Shown one piece after another: positions 9,943 through 20,399 of a stretch of 64,000 nt of DNA. A program made the translations under genes and the position numbers. Source of the DNA: a virus. The notes below the pieces were generated by a model, which was not told the origin of the DNA, made no database searches, and saw only the letters and a list, made by a program, of their open reading frames with translations. Each line of letters opens with the position of its first letter. The first letter of the stretch is position 1. Location of the stretch: positions 15,149 to 79,148 of IMG/VR virus record IMGVR_UViG_3300003890_000025. One strand, given 5' to 3'.

Positions 9943-12180
9943 TTACTTAGTTAGTAGTATTTTTATAAAAGTTAAAATCTTAAATACTAGCTTTCCAAAC
10001 GATCCTGAGGTCTGATGGGACGCTACAGGCTCGTCCCATACTGCTCCAGCTATCTGAGCCGCTGTAGGAAAGTCTAGTGTACCAGTTACGGAGTCATTAG
10101 CGTCGTACTCCACTCCTAGTAATACGTCACTAGGATCTGGCAGCCTTACAGTGCCAGTTAAATAGTCGTTACTATCAAAGTCTATCCCAAGCCTAACATC
10201 ATCTACACTAGGAACTCTTAAATTACCTGTTTTATTTGGAACAGCAGAATCGAATTGATAAGAAATCCCTAGTCTAACATTGTCCTCTCCTGGATCAGTA
10301 AAGTTAGTACTAGAGGTGGTAGTAAACGTACCTTCTGAGACAGCCTCTAATAAGTCAGATATAGGACTATACGCGTAGCACTTAAAGTAGTAGGTAGTGC
10401 TGGGTTTTAGGTTTGATAAGGTAACAGAATGTCCATAATGCTTCCAAGCGTATTGTATTCCATTAAAAGTGTCTTTTATTTCTGTCCAAATAAGTCCCCA
10501 ATCCTTCTTGTCTGGTAATGTAGACTGATGATCGTATACTCCACTAACTGTCCCGAACCGTATAAATGGTAAGGCTTTTATACGAAGCTGTTTTTTAACT
10601 GTATCCGATTGAGCGGCTGTATGGGTATAGACGAGATTTGTTTCTAAGGTTAAACTTGATCCCCCAATAAATGCTACTCGTGCTTCTTCAAACCTTGCTG
10701 TACCAAAACCAATTTCAATGATCTCCCCCACTTCAAAACCATTTGTGTCTGCTACATCTAAAATTGAAGTGCCAGCCCCAGAATCGGCATTAACAGTTGT
10801 AGAACCATGACCGACTACAGCCCCATTTTTACAATCAAATGTTATAGTGGCGGATGATGAGGTAATGGTTCCAATAACAACATTGTCTATCTCAAGTGGT
10901 CGGTTCCTCACGTTTTTAGGGTTTGTTCTTGCGCTTGTAAGATTACGATATTGAGGCGGTGTCGCCGTTGAGGTGGTGTTTGCTGTAGTATCAACATTTG
11001 ATGGAGTGGCGTTGTTAGTTCCAGAAATATAATCATTGTCACTTTTTGCCGAAGAAAAAGTAGTTGCTGATTCATAATCAATAGCTCGAAACGCAGTATA
11101 CATTTTGGGCACAAAATCATTAAATCTAGTTTCTATTGTAGAAGTTCCAGTTCCAGACGGACCATAGGCAAAGCGTCCCATTGTTATAATATTTCTACTT
11201 GCAATAAATGAACCAGAAGAACCAGAGGCCGTTGCTGGACCTAAAACAATACTATCACCACCAACGGTAGAAATATAACAATCTTGAATTCTTCTAGTAA
11301 AACCAGACGCTAAATTTATTTGCATATTTGACGTGCCGTTAAAAACACAATCTCTAACAATTATGTTAGAGTTTGTACCGAAAGTCACGCCACCATTTAA
11401 CGTATCCTCAGACCAAATTTTTTCGGCAGTTGCAATAAAAGTTGATGTATTTCCACTTAATGTTACACGAGACCCGCGTGACGCTGTAAAAAGCAAATTT
11501 GAATAAGTGGCATTTTTATCAAGAGTAAGCCCCAAATTATAATAACAGCTCGTAGAAGTAAAATTAGCCCAAATATATCTGATATTCGATCCGTCAGACT
11601 GCGGCGATCCCGATCTGGTTAATATACCGTTGACCGAGTGGCTAATTTTCCAAAATTGTATGTTAATGTTATTTGAGTTTGCAGCGGCGCTTAGGTCTAT
11701 ATACGACCAAGCCCCATAGGTTCCCTGCGTTGACGGGTTATTAAAAGTAAATTCTATCATAGTATTAATTGTCTTTATTCCGCGAACTACGGAGGTTGCT
11801 GTACTAGCTAGATTTATTACGTATAGTCCGTCTACGTAGAAAGTTCCGTTATCTTCGTACTCAGATATTATATTAGTACCTAGAGTAGTATTTGCTACAA
11901 AGTGATCTCCATCTTTAAATAAGAGTACAATTTCATAAGTATCTCCAGCAATAATAGAGTTTGGAAATGCATAGGATACTGTGATCTGTGTAGACGTATT
12001 ACTTGAAATTACTCTTTCGAGTCCAGCATTAGATCCAGTTAACATTCTTAGAGTAAAATTAGATAAATTATTACCTACAGTAGGCCAAGAAGCTCCTGTA
12101 TTAGTTAGGGTAGTAGTAGATCCTGCGGTAGCAGTTGTACCAGGAGTGGTTATACTATAGGTTCCTGACCAGTTAGCAAT
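9943..12180 (-). CDS. Fibre/spike protein with FN3-like C-terminal region; probable ATT start
   Basis: Frame stays open 45 codons upstream of ATG 12045 to ATT 12180, 8 nt after AGGAGG; HSVTLSNLKPSTTYYFKCYA FN3-like motif; C-terminal P-x-x-x-DVRLG-type repeats. Confidence 0.7.
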   Translation of the reverse strand: MANWSGTYSITTPGTTATAGSTTTLTNTGASWPTVGNNLSNFTLRMLTGSNAGLERVISSNTSTQITVSYAFPNSIIAGDTYEIVLLFKDGDHFVANTTLGTNIISEYEDNGTFYVDGLYVINLASTATSVVRGIKTINTMIEFTFNNPSTQGTYGAWSYIDLSAAANSNNINIQFWKISHSVNGILTRSGSPQSDGSNIRYIWANFTSTSCYYNLGLTLDKNATYSNLLFTASRGSRVTLSGNTSTFIATAEKIWSEDTLNGGVTFGTNSNIIVRDCVFNGTSNMQINLASGFTRRIQDCYISTVGGDSIVLGPATASGSSGSFIASRNIITMGRFAYGPSGTGTSTIETRFNDFVPKMYTAFRAIDYESATTFSSAKSDNDYISGTNNATPSNVDTTANTTSTATPPQYRNLTSARTNPKNVRNRPLEIDNVVIGTITSSSATITFDCKNGAVVGHGSTTVNADSGAGTSILDVADTNGFEVGEIIEIGFGTARFEEARVAFIGGSSLTLETNLVYTHTAAQSDTVKKQLRIKALPFIRFGTVSGVYDHQSTLPDKKDWGLIWTEIKDTFNGIQYAWKHYGHSVTLSNLKPSTTYYFKCYAYSPISDLLEAVSEGTFTTTSSTNFTDPGEDNVRLGISYQFDSAVPNKTGNLRVPSVDDVRLGIDFDSNDYLTGTVRLPDPSDVLLGVEYDANDSVTGTLDFPTAAQIAGAVWDEPVASHQTSGSFGKLVFKILTFIKILLTK

Positions 12181-12359
12181 ATAGCTACCCTCCTTTCCTC
12201 TAACCTAATTCTTATTTTATTAAAGAACATCTCACGCTCTGCCTGAGACATTTTCTCCGTAAGTAGATTAAAATCACACATAAAGTCGGAATCCTTCCCC
12301 TCACCTCGAAGGATTCTTTGATATATGGCTTCTTCTAGAACTATTGGCTTAAGAAACAT
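12150..12359 (-). CDS. Hypothetical protein
   Basis: ORF overlapping neighbours in the operon. Confidence 0.5.
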   Translation of the reverse strand: MFLKPIVLEEAIYQRILRGEGKDSDFMCDFNLLTEKMSQAEREMFFNKIRIRLEERRVAILLTGQEPIV

Positions 12360-12630
12360 AACGATCCAGATTTATTTTCAATTGGTATATCTGTTGTTGG
12401 CTTACTTCGTCGAAATATGGATCAAGGTTTTCCTCATCAATCCACTGATCTAATATTTGCTGTAATTCCTCTTTTGTCTTTTCTATTACGTTTTCATCAT
12501 CAATAGACTCATATGCAATAATCGCTGTCTGACTTCCGTCTGATTTAGCTTTTACGTGAGTAAATAGACTAGATTTCACTGCTGCTGGCTCGTTTTTATT
12601 TATATTATTTACTAAATAAAATTTAACCAT
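12349..12630 (-). CDS. Hypothetical protein
   Basis: ORF overlapping neighbours in the operon. Confidence 0.5.
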   Translation of the reverse strand: MVKFYLVNNINKNEPAAVKSSLFTHVKAKSDGSQTAIIAYESIDDENVIEKTKEELQQILDQWIDEENLDPYFDEVSQQQIYQLKINLDRYVS

Positions 12631-13153
12631 AAGTTAGACTAGTCCTATCGTCCCATATATTATCAAAATCGGAATCTCCATCAGCAAAAGTTATTGCTAG
12701 ATTAGAAGACTCGTCTATCTTGCTAACTTGCCATACGGCTGCTGAAGTTAGGCTACCTGGTATAGCCTTTCCTATGTAAGTTACATTAGGAGTAGAGGTA
12801 TCATCTAATTGTATAGCAAAAGCTTTATTTACCACGTTATCTGTATCAGCTTTTATAGTTTTAGAATCTATAGACGTTATGGTGGCCTCTGTCGCCGCTC
12901 CAGTAGGTAGACTTATGGTTCCAATTATATTATTAATATCCCAAGTACCAGACTGTTTTACTGATATAGTTCCATCAGAGTTTATCTGTAAAAAATCTAC
13001 TCCATCTCCTACCTTTATACTGTCATCACTGTGATCGAGGTCTACTGATATCTCAGCCGAATCTAAGCTGAGAGAGGCGTCCGTCCTAATCCTATTATTT
13101 ACTTCATCGTAGGCTAATCTTAGTACTTGAAAGGCGTCTAGGTTTGTTGACAT
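12623..13153 (-). CDS. Virion structural protein (adaptor paralogue 2)
   Basis: MSTNLDAFQVLRLAYDE N-terminus; C-terminal YIGKA..W.VSKI..FADGDSDFDNIWDDR segment. Confidence 0.65.
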   Translation of the reverse strand: MSTNLDAFQVLRLAYDEVNNRIRTDASLSLDSAEISVDLDHSDDSIKVGDGVDFLQINSDGTISVKQSGTWDINNIIGTISLPTGAATEATITSIDSKTIKADTDNVVNKAFAIQLDDTSTPNVTYIGKAIPGSLTSAAVWQVSKIDESSNLAITFADGDSDFDNIWDDRTSLTYG

Positions 13154-13327
13154 TTTCTAACGTAAAAGCCAAATTAATAAGGCTATTAGTCCTCCGTTAA
13201 TAAGTAAACTAAGTCGTAGTATTATATTATTTTTTTTGTAGTGCCTATACTTAGTGCTTCTCTGCATGCCTCTAGTAATGGGCGTAATTTTTATAGTTCC
13301 CACTAATATACTCCCCTATCACGCAGA

Positions 13328-15853
13328 TTATTGTGCTATATCTTCAATTATCGCGTGAGTACAAGTAATTGTATTATTAGCATTAGCCACACTCCATTGT
13401 GCGGTAATATCAAGAGTTTGTGCTGCTGTTGTGTCAAGGGTCTGGTTTGCCGTGTTAAATAACTCCATCTCAAATGGAGCCGAGAACGAACTCTGATGCA
13501 TCTTAACTGCTCCGCTACATATAACCTTACCAGAAGATCCTGCCTCAAAAACTTGTAATAGAAGCTCCATACTCCACATTCTATTAGTTAGTGCTGCCGT
13601 TTGAGTTATAGCTCCTGTAGAGGCTAGAACAGTAGAACCAGCTTTAAATTTGATAGTAAGGTCTGGAGGTGCTGCATCAGTAGAGTAGAAACCACTCATT
13701 TTGACTCTGAGTATTCGACCTTTACTTAAAGAGTCTGCTGGGATTTGTGCTGCAGTGGTGTTGTTGTTTATATATCCAATACCAAAAGTGTAAGAGGAAG
13801 TACCGCTAGATGTTGCGTTCTGAGACATCGTGATTTGAGTAGCACTATCTATTGACAATATGACAGTTCCAGATGGTATTCCTGTACCTGATATTGATCT
13901 TCCTTCTGACAGTAGGGCTGTGGACGATAACCCAGTTATGATTGGAGATCCGCTGGTTCGAGTACCTGAAATAGATAATTGACCAGGAAGTAATGAAGTC
14001 TCTGCGTTTGTATTACCAACAGCTCTGTAAGTAAACGAGCTAAGCATAGCAGAGCCCATTCTTTCTGTTAGTAGCTTAGTAGTAGTAGGAGCCATCTTAC
14101 AGCCATTGACTAAGAAGTAATAATTACTCGTACTGTCAATTTTCATTCTTGAGTCTGCTGGGCCTTCAAATAAAGCACCAGACCCAGTAATCTCACAGTC
14201 GTAAATTCCGTCGTTCTCTCCGTTTTGGGTAGCGTTTTGCCACAACAATCCATTAGAGATTAAAGAATCGCTGATATGCGACCACCTATTGATGGCGATA
14301 GCTCTTTCAAAACGACATCCTTTAGCATACACTAGTTCTACTGTATTAAATATCGCAAAGCTTGATCTATCAAGAGCTTGTCCGCAAAGGCTTCTTATAC
14401 GGGTATTGTATAATGACAGGTATAGATTCCCAGCACTAATACTGTCAGCCTCTATTCCTTTAGAACTAGCAGTAATAGCAACAGTTCCAGAAGCAGTCGC
14501 GTTTCTGGTCATAGTTATAGATGTTGCCGACACTATTGATCTAATATAAGTATTAGAGGGTATTCCTGTCCCCGTAATATTTTGTCCTACAGACAGCCTG
14601 GCTGTTGATGTAAGTCCAGTTATAACGTTTGATCCGCTAGTAGTGGTTCCATCCTGTCTACTTTTTCCGTTGTCATTACCCCAGACCATTACGTTACATA
14701 TTGAGCTATGTGTCGAGGATGACCCGTTCGTGGCTCCGTTGTCTAAGTACTTTAAAGAGCCGCTTAACATTATATTACGGTATATATCATGAGTATCTTT
14801 GCCCACGATGCTTGAGTTGACAGATACGATATGAAACGCTGATCGTATACCAGCTATGTTAGGCATTACAGGAAGTTGTACTTCAAAATCATGGTAAGGG
14901 TCTATTCCTGCATTAGGTGCCCAACTTGATCCTCCTGGAAAAGTTCCTAAGGACGCTGGGCCCATAAAAATTGTAGTAACGCCTTTACGGGTCAGATCAC
15001 AATAGAACTTATCTGCTATTGTAGGGAACGTAAGTGTTACCGTACCAGATGCTGTAGCGGCTTGGCTTAATACTAAAGACGAGTTTGCACTAGAGTAGGT
15101 CACGCTAACGACAGTAGTACCGTCTGGAATACCTGTACCTTTAACTGCGGCCCCAACCATTCCAGTATAGACATAATTAAGTCCAGTAACTGAAGTAGAT
15201 GTGTTAGTAGTAGTCCCTATTAACTGCATAGGGACTTCTACATTGAGCAGCTCGTTAGTTATAGATTGAGTTAAGCTCGCAGAAAGCGTGGCTCTCATCT
15301 TAGACGACACTACAGCTATAGCAGTAATAGTAGTTCCTTCAGGTATTCCTGCTCCAGATATCGAAGCCCCTACCGCGTTTTGTCCACTATATCCAAAATC
15401 TTCTACGTAATTATTCCCACTAGTACCAGTAGCCCTAACTTTAATTGCAGTAGATGCTGGAACGTATGTCTTACCAGGAGCCAAAACTACCCAGTTATTT
15501 GCGGCTTGTTCTGCTGTACCAGTGGCTCGTGGAATAGATGCGTAGGCGTCATTAAGATCGTTGAACTGCTGAACTCCATAGGAAAATACGTCATTAGTAG
15601 GAAATACTGTGATTTTATCAGCCCTAAGAGATCTGATGGAATTACCAGCTAATTTATTAAATGCTTGAATTACTGAGTCAGCGTCAGTAACTGTACCTGC
15701 TGACTGTGAGAATCCTTGTAGGATGGCATCCCTGACTCTAGCTTCAGTTAAATATAAATTACTAGAACCTTCCACTATGTCATCAGTACTTTGGATATCA
15801 TCAGCATAATCCAAATTACCTACTACTTGATTAAATGTAAACTTCTTAGCCAT
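13328..15853 (-). CDS. Fibre/spike protein with four GxGIP beta-modules
   Basis: Probable start MAKKF at 15853 (TAATG coupling); STDDIVEGSSNLYLTEARVR fibre motif; four ~60-aa repeats. Confidence 0.75.
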   Translation of the reverse strand: MAKKFTFNQVVGNLDYADDIQSTDDIVEGSSNLYLTEARVRDAILQGFSQSAGTVTDADSVIQAFNKLAGNSIRSLRADKITVFPTNDVFSYGVQQFNDLNDAYASIPRATGTAEQAANNWVVLAPGKTYVPASTAIKVRATGTSGNNYVEDFGYSGQNAVGASISGAGIPEGTTITAIAVVSSKMRATLSASLTQSITNELLNVEVPMQLIGTTTNTSTSVTGLNYVYTGMVGAAVKGTGIPDGTTVVSVTYSSANSSLVLSQAATASGTVTLTFPTIADKFYCDLTRKGVTTIFMGPASLGTFPGGSSWAPNAGIDPYHDFEVQLPVMPNIAGIRSAFHIVSVNSSIVGKDTHDIYRNIMLSGSLKYLDNGATNGSSSTHSSICNVMVWGNDNGKSRQDGTTTSGSNVITGLTSTARLSVGQNITGTGIPSNTYIRSIVSATSITMTRNATASGTVAITASSKGIEADSISAGNLYLSLYNTRIRSLCGQALDRSSFAIFNTVELVYAKGCRFERAIAINRWSHISDSLISNGLLWQNATQNGENDGIYDCEITGSGALFEGPADSRMKIDSTSNYYFLVNGCKMAPTTTKLLTERMGSAMLSSFTYRAVGNTNAETSLLPGQLSISGTRTSGSPIITGLSSTALLSEGRSISGTGIPSGTVILSIDSATQITMSQNATSSGTSSYTFGIGYINNNTTAAQIPADSLSKGRILRVKMSGFYSTDAAPPDLTIKFKAGSTVLASTGAITQTAALTNRMWSMELLLQVFEAGSSGKVICSGAVKMHQSSFSAPFEMELFNTANQTLDTTAAQTLDITAQWSVANANNTITCTHAIIEDIAQ

Positions 15854-16245
15854 TAGACTACACTCCAAGTAATACTATCTAATCTATATTTACCGCTAAC
15901 TAAAGTATAAGAGAATTGCTGTACTACCGTAGATGTGGTTATGGAGGCACTAGTAAATTCAATCTTGTCTACTCTCTCATCTGCCGTACCAAAGTCTAAC
16001 CAAGTAAAGGATTGTATTAGGTCGTGAGCAGCTAGTACCTGCTGCCTAAGGTTATTGACAAATACTCTTTGAGTACCAGTAGTTGTGCCGTCCTCAGATC
16101 CTACAGTAAATATGTTATCTGGAGCTGCTATTTCTACTTCGGCAGATCCAGCAGATACTGTCAACTCCGTATCTACTCTGAGGCGGTTCTCTATTTCGTC
16201 GTATACGTTCTTTATTACCTGTTGATAGTCTAAATTAGTACTCAT
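15853..16245 (-). CDS. Virion structural protein (adaptor paralogue 3)
   Basis: MSTNLDYQQVIKNVYDE N-terminus. Confidence 0.65.
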   Translation of the reverse strand: MSTNLDYQQVIKNVYDEIENRLRVDTELTVSAGSAEVEIAAPDNIFTVGSEDGTTTGTQRVFVNNLRQQVLAAHDLIQSFTWLDFGTADERVDKIEFTSASITTSTVVQQFSYTLVSGKYRLDSITWSVV

Positions 16246-16256
16246 TTCGTCTCACC

Positions 16257-18299
16257 TTATCCTATATTTTTATTTAAACCCTCTTCAGCCGTTACTGGTA
16301 GGTCTTGAAAAGGTTCTGGGGGGGATGGCATACGTGGGGAAGCTATATTCTGCGCAGCCTCAGTTCCTACTGGTACTTGGTCCATCAGTTCTGGTGGGAT
16401 AGTCTCATCTTCTTGTATATTAGCGCCCTCAGGACCTATGGGCTGCTCTGCTGGATTAGGCGGTAACGGTTGCTGATTAGTTAAGGCTAGCTCTCCAGGA
16501 TCAGTGACCCTTAATAAATTGACATGTTCTCTAATATGATCTAATACTATTTGCACTAAATTAGGATCAGCCCTTAAGTCTGGATCATTTAATAGAGCCT
16601 TATGTTCCATAACATGTAACTGATGTTTGTCTAAAGATAAAGCTGGTACTGTTTCGCCAGACATCATTTTCTCATTTTCTTTTCTAATTAATAATAACTC
16701 GGACTGCTGACCTTCTACAAGAGTTTCTAATTTACCTGTATTTAAAACAGTAAAATACTCTTCCACGTTATTAATAAGCCCCATTTGTATAAGTTGATTA
16801 GCTATTTCTAATCTACCAGCCGTGGTCCTAGATAAAGGGTTCGCAACTTCTACTGCTACTCGATTAATAGATGCTAAATCATCCCCACTAAACTCTTCTA
16901 AATTAGCTTTCTGTGACTTACCTACTATAGCAGCTACTCTAGGTACTTTAGCGAATAATTGTAATAATCTAATAGTACCAGTTCCTACATTTTCTACTAA
17001 TCTAATATAGGATTGTTGTAGTCCGTTAGCAAACTGTATAGCCTGCGCTTGTACCATAGCCAAAGATGAGGCCGATCTTAAACTAGCTTCTGGCTGACCT
17101 CTAGTAACACTATTGATACCAGAAATTGTCTCCATCGCCTGTTCTAATCTATCTATCATATTAAATATCTCGGCAGGAGTCTGTACTAAATTTAATGGCT
17201 CTGGCTTTGCTCCAGCTTGATTGTACTCTATTATGTTTAAGCCACCAGATAAACTAGCTAAATTTATATCTGAACCCTTTGGTATTAGTATATTCTGCAC
17301 CCCGAAAGCATTTTGATTAGTAAGAATTACACTATATAATGAGTTTAAAGACTCTTGTAATGGCATTAACTCGAACATTATGGTAGAACCAAAAGGAGTG
17401 CCTAAAATGTCTGATGCTGCTATTCTATAAAGAGGTATTTCTGGGTAAGGTAGAGGACCATCATATAAAATAGCTTCTGGACTAACGAATACACAATATC
17501 TACCATCTGGTAAGGAGTCTGATTTTTTATGATAAAACTCCCAAACTTCAATGTCATCCGTTTCAAACTCTTTTAAAGATGACACTTTAAATTTAATTAA
17601 ATCTGATTTAGTAGGTGCTTCTAAAATTTTATCACTTATTTCTGGGTACTTAGCGGCTAGATCAAATCTATTTTTGTAGCTTCTACACATAATCCAATTA
17701 TGTTGAGAGCTATCTTCTTTAGAACTATCCCTAATAACATCTAATGGAGATAAGTTTGTATATTTTATATCCCCTTCGTATATAGGTATCTGAGTTCCTG
17801 TCTCTTCATTTATCTCATAATCATAAATCTCACCGCTAGTAGAATCCCACTCCATTTTTATATAACCCTCAGTTAGTACCACAGCGTAGGTTACAGCTCT
17901 TTTTAGATGATCTTCTAAATTCTTCTCTTTTAAATAATACTCTAACAAGCCATTAGCTAAATATGTTTGAGTTAGTGATTTATAGTCAGTGTTTACAGAC
18001 CTAGCCTGAAAAGACGGCCTACTAGCCATTATCATATTTATTATATGATCTGCTATGTTGCGATAATGATTAACAGGCAGTTGTACCAACTCTCCCTGCT
18101 CTCCTGTGTAAGTTACTGAGTGACTTTCATCATCTTTAAAGAAATAACCATGATAATATTGCCAAGATTTATAGATTTTATCTAAATATTGACTACTTAT
18201 AGCCGATTTTTTAATAGCATCAGCCTTGTCTAGTAATTTCCTTGCTAAGGTATTAGAGTCTTCAGTAGCAAAGTATTTGGTTTTATTATTATTACTCAT
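16257..18299 (-). CDS. Portal protein
   Basis: 680 aa directly after terminase; METISGINSVTRG...SASSL motif typical of P22-like portals; Pro/acidic tail. Confidence 0.85.
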   Translation of the reverse strand: MSNNNKTKYFATEDSNTLARKLLDKADAIKKSAISSQYLDKIYKSWQYYHGYFFKDDESHSVTYTGEQGELVQLPVNHYRNIADHIINMIMASRPSFQARSVNTDYKSLTQTYLANGLLEYYLKEKNLEDHLKRAVTYAVVLTEGYIKMEWDSTSGEIYDYEINEETGTQIPIYEGDIKYTNLSPLDVIRDSSKEDSSQHNWIMCRSYKNRFDLAAKYPEISDKILEAPTKSDLIKFKVSSLKEFETDDIEVWEFYHKKSDSLPDGRYCVFVSPEAILYDGPLPYPEIPLYRIAASDILGTPFGSTIMFELMPLQESLNSLYSVILTNQNAFGVQNILIPKGSDINLASLSGGLNIIEYNQAGAKPEPLNLVQTPAEIFNMIDRLEQAMETISGINSVTRGQPEASLRSASSLAMVQAQAIQFANGLQQSYIRLVENVGTGTIRLLQLFAKVPRVAAIVGKSQKANLEEFSGDDLASINRVAVEVANPLSRTTAGRLEIANQLIQMGLINNVEEYFTVLNTGKLETLVEGQQSELLLIRKENEKMMSGETVPALSLDKHQLHVMEHKALLNDPDLRADPNLVQIVLDHIREHVNLLRVTDPGELALTNQQPLPPNPAEQPIGPEGANIQEDETIPPELMDQVPVGTEAAQNIASPRMPSPPEPFQDLPVTAEEGLNKNIG

Positions 18300-18318
18300 A
18301 CCTACTTCTATTTGTTTA

Positions 18319-19785
18319 TTACTTATTATTCTTTATAAATAAGCTCTTTATTGCATCAGCCGTTGAATTTATAACATCGGCACCCTTGTATAAAACAGAC
18401 CCTGGTATTCTTCCCCAATCGTGTGGATAAGGATTTCTATGATACTGTATGTTTCTAATTAAATATACTAAACAATCTACTAAATCAAAGTGAGACCCCC
18501 TCTCTGTTCTTTCAAAAGTTTTTCTATTTTTAGTCCAAGTAGCCGTATGTAGCTGATATATAAGCTCTTTACATCTAGGATTAATTATTAATTGCTCAGA
18601 GTGTACTTTTAATCTTAACTCATTTATAGCAGTTGCTTTTTCGTCTTTCTTAGTAGGTATAAATAAAACTCCATGTAACCTATTTAAATCATTAAGAGTA
18701 ATTAAATCATCATCTGATATTCTAATATAAACAGGCTGAACCTCTAGTGTTTTTGGATTCACCCACAATTGACTCTCTTTATCTTTTATTTTATTAGCTA
18801 ATATCTCAGTTGTCATTTCAGTACCATTCAATAATAACTCATCCTCAACTACTACTTTATTATTTTTAAAATCGTAGTAAGCGAATAACACACCAGTTTT
18901 ATCTACAAACCCAAGATCCATTGACGTATAAGCGTCGTAACGCGGAGGTCGAGGCCACTCTTTAACAATTACAGACTCTTTTTCTTGTGTAAATTCTGGT
19001 ACAACTGCCCTCTCTTGATTTACAATAAATTTACACATAAACTCACGCTGCCAAGTATCTGATAACTCTCCTCCAACCTCAGCCTTTAATTCTTCTACGG
19101 CCTCTAGTGTTAACCTATTACACATTGGAGGAGGATCGTTTTTTATACTATTTAAAACGTCGTATATATTCTTAAATAAGTATGAATTATTAGACTTAGC
19201 CTCAGCTACTAGGGTAGTATAATAATGCTCTGGTTCAACTGGAGGGGTAGATGATATTATTATCTTACCACGAGTAGTTAATGTTTGTGGTAATAGTATA
19301 TTTTTAATAAGATTTTCTAAATCATCCATAAAACCAGCCTCATCTACTATACATAAATGACTGGTTTGTCCCCTAAGTCTTTCTGCATTACCTTCATCAG
19401 TTCCTTCTATTTGAATAGACGATCCATTCTTAAAGGTATAAGATCTATCATGCCTAATATAACTAGGCCTTAAGTCTGAAGGACAGTCCTTTAATATATC
19501 AAACATGGTAGGTATTATAAACCTCTGCGCCATGAACGCTGTAGGACAGGCGTATCTTACTATAGTACCTGGATCTGATAAGGCTGCTTCTATAGCTATT
19601 ATTAATAAAGAATATGATTTACCCATTCTTCTTGGGGCAGTTATAACTAGTTTACGTTGTTTTGATTTCTTATATAGATTATATACGTCTTTTTGAGCAG
19701 AGTCTAATTTCCAATGTAATACTCCTCGTCTCCAGAGCTTTTCTATTGCTAAATCTTTAGTAGTAACTGCTGTTTTCTTTGTCAT
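18319..19785 (-). CDS. terL: Terminase large subunit
   Basis: Walker A APRRMGKS, Walker B CIVDEAG, ISST, nuclease MDLG and HFDLVDCLVY. Confidence 0.92.
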   Translation of the reverse strand: MTKKTAVTTKDLAIEKLWRRGVLHWKLDSAQKDVYNLYKKSKQRKLVITAPRRMGKSYSLLIIAIEAALSDPGTIVRYACPTAFMAQRFIIPTMFDILKDCPSDLRPSYIRHDRSYTFKNGSSIQIEGTDEGNAERLRGQTSHLCIVDEAGFMDDLENLIKNILLPQTLTTRGKIIISSTPPVEPEHYYTTLVAEAKSNNSYLFKNIYDVLNSIKNDPPPMCNRLTLEAVEELKAEVGGELSDTWQREFMCKFIVNQERAVVPEFTQEKESVIVKEWPRPPRYDAYTSMDLGFVDKTGVLFAYYDFKNNKVVVEDELLLNGTEMTTEILANKIKDKESQLWVNPKTLEVQPVYIRISDDDLITLNDLNRLHGVLFIPTKKDEKATAINELRLKVHSEQLIINPRCKELIYQLHTATWTKNRKTFERTERGSHFDLVDCLVYLIRNIQYHRNPYPHDWGRIPGSVLYKGADVINSTADAIKSLFIKNNK

Positions 19786-19793
19786 AATAACAG

Positions 19794-20102
19794 CTAATTA
19801 TTACCTTCATCTTCATCTACTACGTTTATTAGGTTATTAGTATCTACAGTCTGAGCTATTTTTAATAAATCTTCTGTTTCTATAGATTCTTCTTCTTTAG
19901 AAACTACTGTAGCCGATATAGTAGTAGGGTCTCCTTTAGCTAACATTAGATTTTTTGTTAGTATATCGTATATTCTTACTTCCTCGAAAGTTAAAGTACG
20001 CTCTCTAGCAGCTTGTTTAAGTCTTTCTAGTTGCAACTCTGCTATTTCTTGAGAAGTACTAACTACCTGTACTATCGAGTCTATTTTTTTCTTTCTTGGC
20101 AT
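19794..20102 (-). CDS. Hypothetical, possible terminase small subunit
   Basis: Position directly upstream of terL only. Confidence 0.4.
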   Translation of the reverse strand: MPRKKKIDSIVQVVSTSQEIAELQLERLKQAARERTLTFEEVRIYDILTKNLMLAKGDPTTISATVVSKEEESIETEDLLKIAQTVDTNNLINVVDEDEGNN

Positions 20103-20147
20103 AAAAAAGTAGACCCTCCCTGGTCAAACAAGCTCTTCCTAAGAATA

Positions 20148-20399
20148 TTATTTTCTATATAGGCTCATAGTAGCTAACTTAGCTTCCATATTAGATATTC
20201 TAGTTTCGAGCTCTTCGGAAATACTCTTAGCTTTCCTGTGGTTTAAAAACTTTAATAGACCTTCTAGTACTATTATGGAGATACAGAGTAAAACTCCTCC
20301 AATAGGAAAATCTCCTCTAATAATAAAACTAGATACCATTGATACAAATGAAATTAGAAACCAAGGCAATAAACCTAATTTATTAAACAAGTTATGCAT
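20148..20399 (-). CDS. Two-TM membrane protein
   Basis: Two hydrophobic segments and short coiled coil. Confidence 0.5.
   Translation of the reverse strand: MHNLFNKLGLLPWFLISFVSMVSSFIIRGDFPIGGVLLCISIIVLEGLLKFLNHRKAKSISEELETRISNMEAKLATMSLYRK

Noticed and set aside
3351-16245. Diversity-generating retroelement acting on fibres
   Set aside because: No reverse transcriptase and no TR/VR repeat pair seen in the window.
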